Source of the DNA: Octopus sinensis
Lineage: Eukaryota
Length of the DNA: 64,000 nt
Direction: 5' to 3'
Assembly: GCF_006345805.1 (NCBI RefSeq)
Contig: NW_021824835.1
Span: forward strand, 1 to 64,000
Below, piece by piece: positions 58,836 through 64,000 of the stretch; the stretch's first letter is position 1, and every line of letters begins with the position of its first letter. The notes below the pieces were generated by a model. It worked only from the letters and a program-made list of their open reading frames with translations. It had not been told where the DNA came from and did no database searches. A program made the translations under genes and the position numbers.

Positions 58836-59124
58836 TTTTATTCATGTTAATAAGATGTGTGTGTGTGTGTGTGTTTATTGTTGCGGTGATGATGAATTGT
58901 CTTCGATGTGAAGGAAGTTCAGTTGTGGTGATATTATATTGTCTCATTCGTTATCTGTTCTATCTAAAAACCAACGATGTTGAGTGCATCGGAGCTATTC
59001 GAATAGTGATGTTTGTAAGATGGATACAAACTCTAGATCGCCGTAGCTGCTAGAATGTAATATGGGGCGGTTGGTGAAAATTCATGTGTGTGTGTGCGCA
59101 CGCGCATTAATGTCTGTTTTTATG

Positions 59125-59173
59125 TTGAATCGGATGAAGGCTAAGCAGGCTGAAACTTCGAAGTGACTATCAA
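59125..59173 (+). ncRNA. Degenerate hammerhead remnant
   Basis: CGGATGA-AGGCTAAGCAGGCT-GAAAC-TTCGAA-GTG, with perfect palindrome ACTTCGAAGT. Stems I and II are damaged and G is at position 17. Confidence 0.35.
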
Positions 59174-59955
59174 TACTAATCTTGTGAAAGAATAACAAAT
59201 ATACGTGTGCGTTCATTATGCACTTCACATTCCAGCATTTAATTTCAGAGACTTTATTTTAAGTTTAATGGTGTCTCTTATTATTATTCCTCATATGACA
59301 ATTGCTAAATCTATATATTGTGTGCAAAAGGAGTTGTCTATCTAGAACTGAGCAGAATTCAAAATAGTGACTCCATTGTTTCTCTAGAAACTAGTTTAGC
59401 TTTCGTTGTTACTTATTCATACATGATTGTCGTAAATGATGACAATAAATTTTACTTGCATATTATTGCTTTTTGTCGTTATTTTCATATGAAATTACTT
59501 CGTATGGAGGACCGAGGCTCACAAAATCCGAAAGAATTAATTATACGCTGCTCATTGAATTCTATATTTTATTACGAAGAGGTTCTTTTTATTTTTGTAA
59601 GAGAGAATGAATTCTGATGATACAATAAGATTTTCGTAATTTCTGCGACGCACAGATTGCATGTCTTCGGTAACTGGAAATTGAGTTCAATGCAAATAAT
59701 ATCAGTAAATATAATTTAATTGTTTATAGTTATAATATTTAACAACTTAACAACATTCATCTCATTCGCTAAATAATACCTTTTTATAATATCGTACCCC
59801 TGATTACACATAGAGCCTCTGCTTACCTCATTCGGGTTATCATCCTTATGCTTAACACTAAAATCGTAGAGCAATTTAGCAGCTATTCCCTGGATGAAAT
59901 ACAAGCAGAAACAGTTTCAACTGATCGGAGCTAAGACTACATCAAAAAATCTCCT

Positions 59956-60266
59956 CTTGTAAGTGAATTTGGCAGTCGGAGCCTGTGTGGAAGCCCGTCG
60001 TATGAATATGTACATATATATGTGTGTGTGAATGTGTGTGTGAGTGTGTCTGTCTGTCAGTGCGTGTGTGATTGTATTTCCTTTCCCATATGCCCAACTG
60101 TGTTGGTTTGTCTGTAATTTCGTGGATCGGCGAAAACAGTGAAAAAATATAAGTATTAGACCTAAAAAAAAATACAGAACTACTGGGTTTGATTTGTTCG
60201 GCAAAAATCTTTCAAGGCGGTGCTCCAGTATGGCCGCAATCGAATGTTTGAAGTAAAAGATAAGAT
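59956..60266 (+). mobile_element. SINE family B, 5'-truncated, diverged
   Basis: TTGTAAGTGAATTTGGCAG..AAGCCCGTCGTA..AGGCGGTGCTCCAGTATGGCCGC. Confidence 0.7.
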
Positions 60267-61109
60267 ATAAGTGTAATACCGCATTGTCTTTATTTATACA
60301 AGTATGTGTGTGTTTGTATGTCTGTGTTTGTGTGTGTGCGTGTATGTGTGTGTGTGCGCGCATATATGTGTACGCGCATGTGTGTATTCAATTGTATATA
60401 CAAATTGTTATACTTATATATACAAATAGACATATATTTTACATAAGCATAGATATGTATAAGTCTCTCTCTCAGTCTCCTCTCTCACTATATATATATA
60501 TACACATATATATATATATGCACACGTATTCATGCATACATATATATCCATACATGCCTGCATATATACATCCAAGCATACAAATATATATAGATATATA
60601 TAGAAATAGATAGAGAGATAGATAGTTAGATTGTGTGTGTGTGTGTATGTATATATATATATATGCATGCATGCATATAGGTTTGTATGTATGTATGCAT
60701 GTACGCATGTATGTATGTATGCATGTATGTATGAATGTATGTATGCATATGTGTATGTATATGTGCGTGTATATAAATATAAAGTTTCTGCTAATAATAA
60801 CAATAACAACAACAGCAGTGGTAATAAACTGTATAGAAAAAAAAGACATAAAATGAATTTTTAAAAGAAAAAATGAAATAAATAAAGAGCAAAACAATCC
60901 CAAGAACAAATTACGAAATCAGTCGATGATGGAATATTGAAATACATTGAATGGAATTAGTTTTTGTTGTTGTTGTTGTTGTTGTTCTTGTAGGATAGAA
61001 TAATTTCCGAAGAACGAAAAATGAAACCAATAAAAATTTGAAAAAATAAAAAAAAAATTAAAATAGAAAACGTAAAGGGGGGAAAAAGGAAAAGCGTAAA
61101 ACGAAAATG

Positions 61110-61167
<58 letters not shown>

Positions 61168-61659
61168 TTGTAGAATTACGAGTTAAAATTCTGAATGGTT
61201 AGTAACTTTATTGCATATTAAATCTGCTTCATCTTCCATCTTGGTTTTTTTATGTTTTTCTGCCATCACGTGGTGTTGGCCATTTTGTGAAAAGAAATGG
61301 CTACTCGCTTATGTTTCTTTCTCATTCTGCTCATTCCTATTACACCATCACTCTCTCTTTGTCGCTCTCTCTCTCTATCTATCTATCTATCAATCTATCT
61401 ATCTATCTATCTATCTGCTTCTTTATATCTGTCTATCCCTGGATGTCTTTATCTTCCAATTTCATTCTGTCCTCCTTTCTTTATTCCACCCAACATATCT
61501 GTCTAAAATACTGTTTCTCATCCGGTCCTCCCACCCATACCTACTCTGTCATTCACTCCCTCTCTTTCCCCTGTCTCAATGTCTCTTTCTCTCTCTCTCG
61601 CGCACTTTCTGTAAATGTGTCTGGGTAGGTATTTCGCTTTTATCTGATATTTTTAGCAT

Positions 61660-61690
61660 TCACCATCATCATCATCATCATTACCATCAC

Positions 61691-61722
<32 letters not shown>

Positions 61723-62030
61723 CCGTCATCAGCATCATTATTATCATCATCACCATCATCAAAGTCATCACCATTATTGACATCAACATCACCTCACAAC
61801 TACCGCCACCACTAGAACTATTGCCCACCCGTTTCATTCATTCATCACCACCATCGTCGTCACCATCATTATCATCATCATCATCATCATCATAACTAAC
61901 CATCATGATCATTATAATCATCATCGCCATCAGTCAAATGATACTATTATTAATAAAGAAATTATTATCATCATTATTATTATCATCATCATCATCATTA
62001 TTATTATAGTTATTAATATCATCCTCATCA
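61660..62030. repeat. Degenerate (CAT/CAC/TAT)n trinucleotide region
   Basis: Directly visible. Confidence 0.9.
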
Positions 62031-62370
62031 TTATTGCTATTGTTTTCTCTTTTATCTATTATTCTATAATGTACAACAGCAACAACAACAACAGTACTTT
62101 AACCAGGGTAAAAAAAAGTGCATGAAAAAGTTATATATATATATATATCTATAAACATGGTCGTCGTTATCATGGTTTTCAATATTAATGTTGTTGTTGT
62201 TGTAGTTATCGTTGTTGTTGTGGCTATTTTATTGCTATTGAGATTAATAATATTGTTCTTGCTATTTTTGCCGTTTCTTTTATCTTATTTTGTTATATTT
62301 TTATTATGTTTCATGTTATTTTTAGTATTTTCAGCTGTAAAAATTTCCAAAAATATTTTATTTTATCGTG

Positions 62371-62422
<52 letters not shown>

Positions 62423-62940
62423 ACACACACACACACACACATATATATTGAAATAATTTGTTGTCTGTGCCTGACCTTTTTTGAAAAGCAAACTAATTCG
62501 TTAAATCCACATTACCCTGCCAAGCCGTTCCTCACACCGGCTATCATATCACCCACTTCTCTTTCTATGTAACTCATACCTCTATGTAACTCCCACAACA
62601 GCTAAGTCTTCTCTCTCTCTCTTTCTCTCCTTTTCGGTCTTCTCCCTCTCTCTCACTGTCTGTGTCATTCTTTCTCTCTCTCTCTCCCTCCCATTCTCTG
62701 GCTTTTTCTCTCTTATTTCCTCTCTCTGTCTTTCTGTCTGTCTGTCTCTGCCCCCTACCTTCTCTTTATGTCTGCCTCTCTCTCCTGCAATCTCCCTCCT
62801 GCTCTCTTTCTCCTCCTCCTCTCTCTCTCTCTCCTGGTCCCTCTCTTTCTTTCTATTTCTCTCTCTCTACCCCTCTCTCTACCCGACTCCTTGAAAGATC
62901 TCACTTCAGAGAAAATAAAACAATACCCAAGAGACATAAT

Positions 62941-62975
<35 letters not shown>

Positions 62976-63649
62976 TGTGTGTATATGTGTGCGTGTGTGT
63001 GAGGGAGAGAGAAAGAGAGACAGACACAGACAGACTGAGGGAAAGTGTATATGCGTTTGTTTGAGTACGTGTTTGTATGTGTGTGCGTGTGCAAGAGAAT
63101 AAACGGGAGAGTGAGAGTGAGAGAGAGAGAGAGACAGACAGACAGACCCACACACACACACACACAGTCACACACAGAAATGGGGTTGTTCTCTGGTTTT
63201 CTGGCCGACACAATTGTCTACTTCAAGTTTACTTACATAATAGCTATGTAACAATAATGATTGACAATTATGGAATATACTCACACACACTGCCATGAGT
63301 GCATGTGCATACATAATATGTATTTTAAAATATTCATATACACACTTTATATGTGCCTCTGTGTGTGCGCGTGTGTACCGTGGGGGAAAGCCTCTGAGGT
63401 GGTTGGTCATGATTTGAATGGGTAGATTCGTTTCGAGCGAGAGTTTTCTTACACTAGCATTAGTGTCATATTATACACTATCTTTAGGATAGCGTGTTAG
63501 CGCCGACGGAAACTCGCTTTTCTTTTACATTTGTTTGTCCTCGATCAAGATTGATCAACGGATCGTAAACACCATCCAGAAGGATCGATCCTCCAACACC
63601 CACGGCTTCTTTTAACTACAACCAGAAATATCAACATCAAATACTGCAT

Positions 63650-63858
63650 TTACTACTACTACTACTACTACAACTACTACTACTTTTACTGTACTATTGT
63701 ACTACTACTACTACTACTACTACAACTACTACTACTATTACTGTACTATTGTACTACTACTACTACTACTACTACTATTGTACTACTACTACTGCTACTC
63801 CTCCTTTTCCACATCCCTCCTCCTACTACTACTACTGCTACTCCTCCTCCTCCTCCTC

Positions 63859-63892
<34 letters not shown>

Positions 63893-64000
63893 CACTGGTC
63901 TCAGCTTCACTGTCATTACCACCACCACTACCAACACTATCACTTCAGATACCACTACCACATTATCACAACCAAAGCCATTGTCATTTTTCTCCACCAC
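63650..64000. repeat. (CTA)n-based trinucleotide region with CTATTGTA variant units
   Basis: Directly visible. Confidence 0.9.

Overview
This is eukaryotic, AT-rich, extremely microsatellite-dense DNA. I recognised no host protein-coding exon, rRNA, intact tRNA or CRISPR array, so it is probably intergenic or a large intron. The repeat landscape (two abundant tRNA-derived SINE families, here A and B, a third SINE C, and very heavy TA/CA/ATT/GATA tracts) resembles an octopus or other coleoid cephalopod genome; this host assignment is inference. The only convincing coding sequences are from non-LTR retroelements. (1) A near-intact RTE (APE+RT) at 34941-37922 on the minus strand is broken by a single TAG. 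(2) Two Tx1/L1-clade copies (1-952, 47638-50163) end in AATAAAGAAA and run into TC-type microsatellites; the second has lost its RT core. (3) A Neptune-type Penelope-like element (PLE) fragment with a GIY-YIG domain and Asn-rich linkers lies at about 24750-26985. (4) There are short RTE, RTE-X, I/Jockey-like and R4/Dong-like remnants. The most interesting unannotated signal is a set of different minimal type-I hammerhead ribozyme folds in PLE-like termini. One has a fully canonical core (33105-33193), and one appears to carry a compensatory G3:C8 core swap inside a loop-less 286-bp foldback (38435-38720). Also notable are several long foldbacks, a shared GAAATAGCAGYYAAA motif, recurrent dimeric SINEs, microsatellite-targeted insertions, a decayed 33-bp minisatellite and a short ETS/CTCF/YY1 motif cluster. 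All alignments, folds and identities were made by eye. Nearly all ORFs in the supplied track are microsatellite artefacts.
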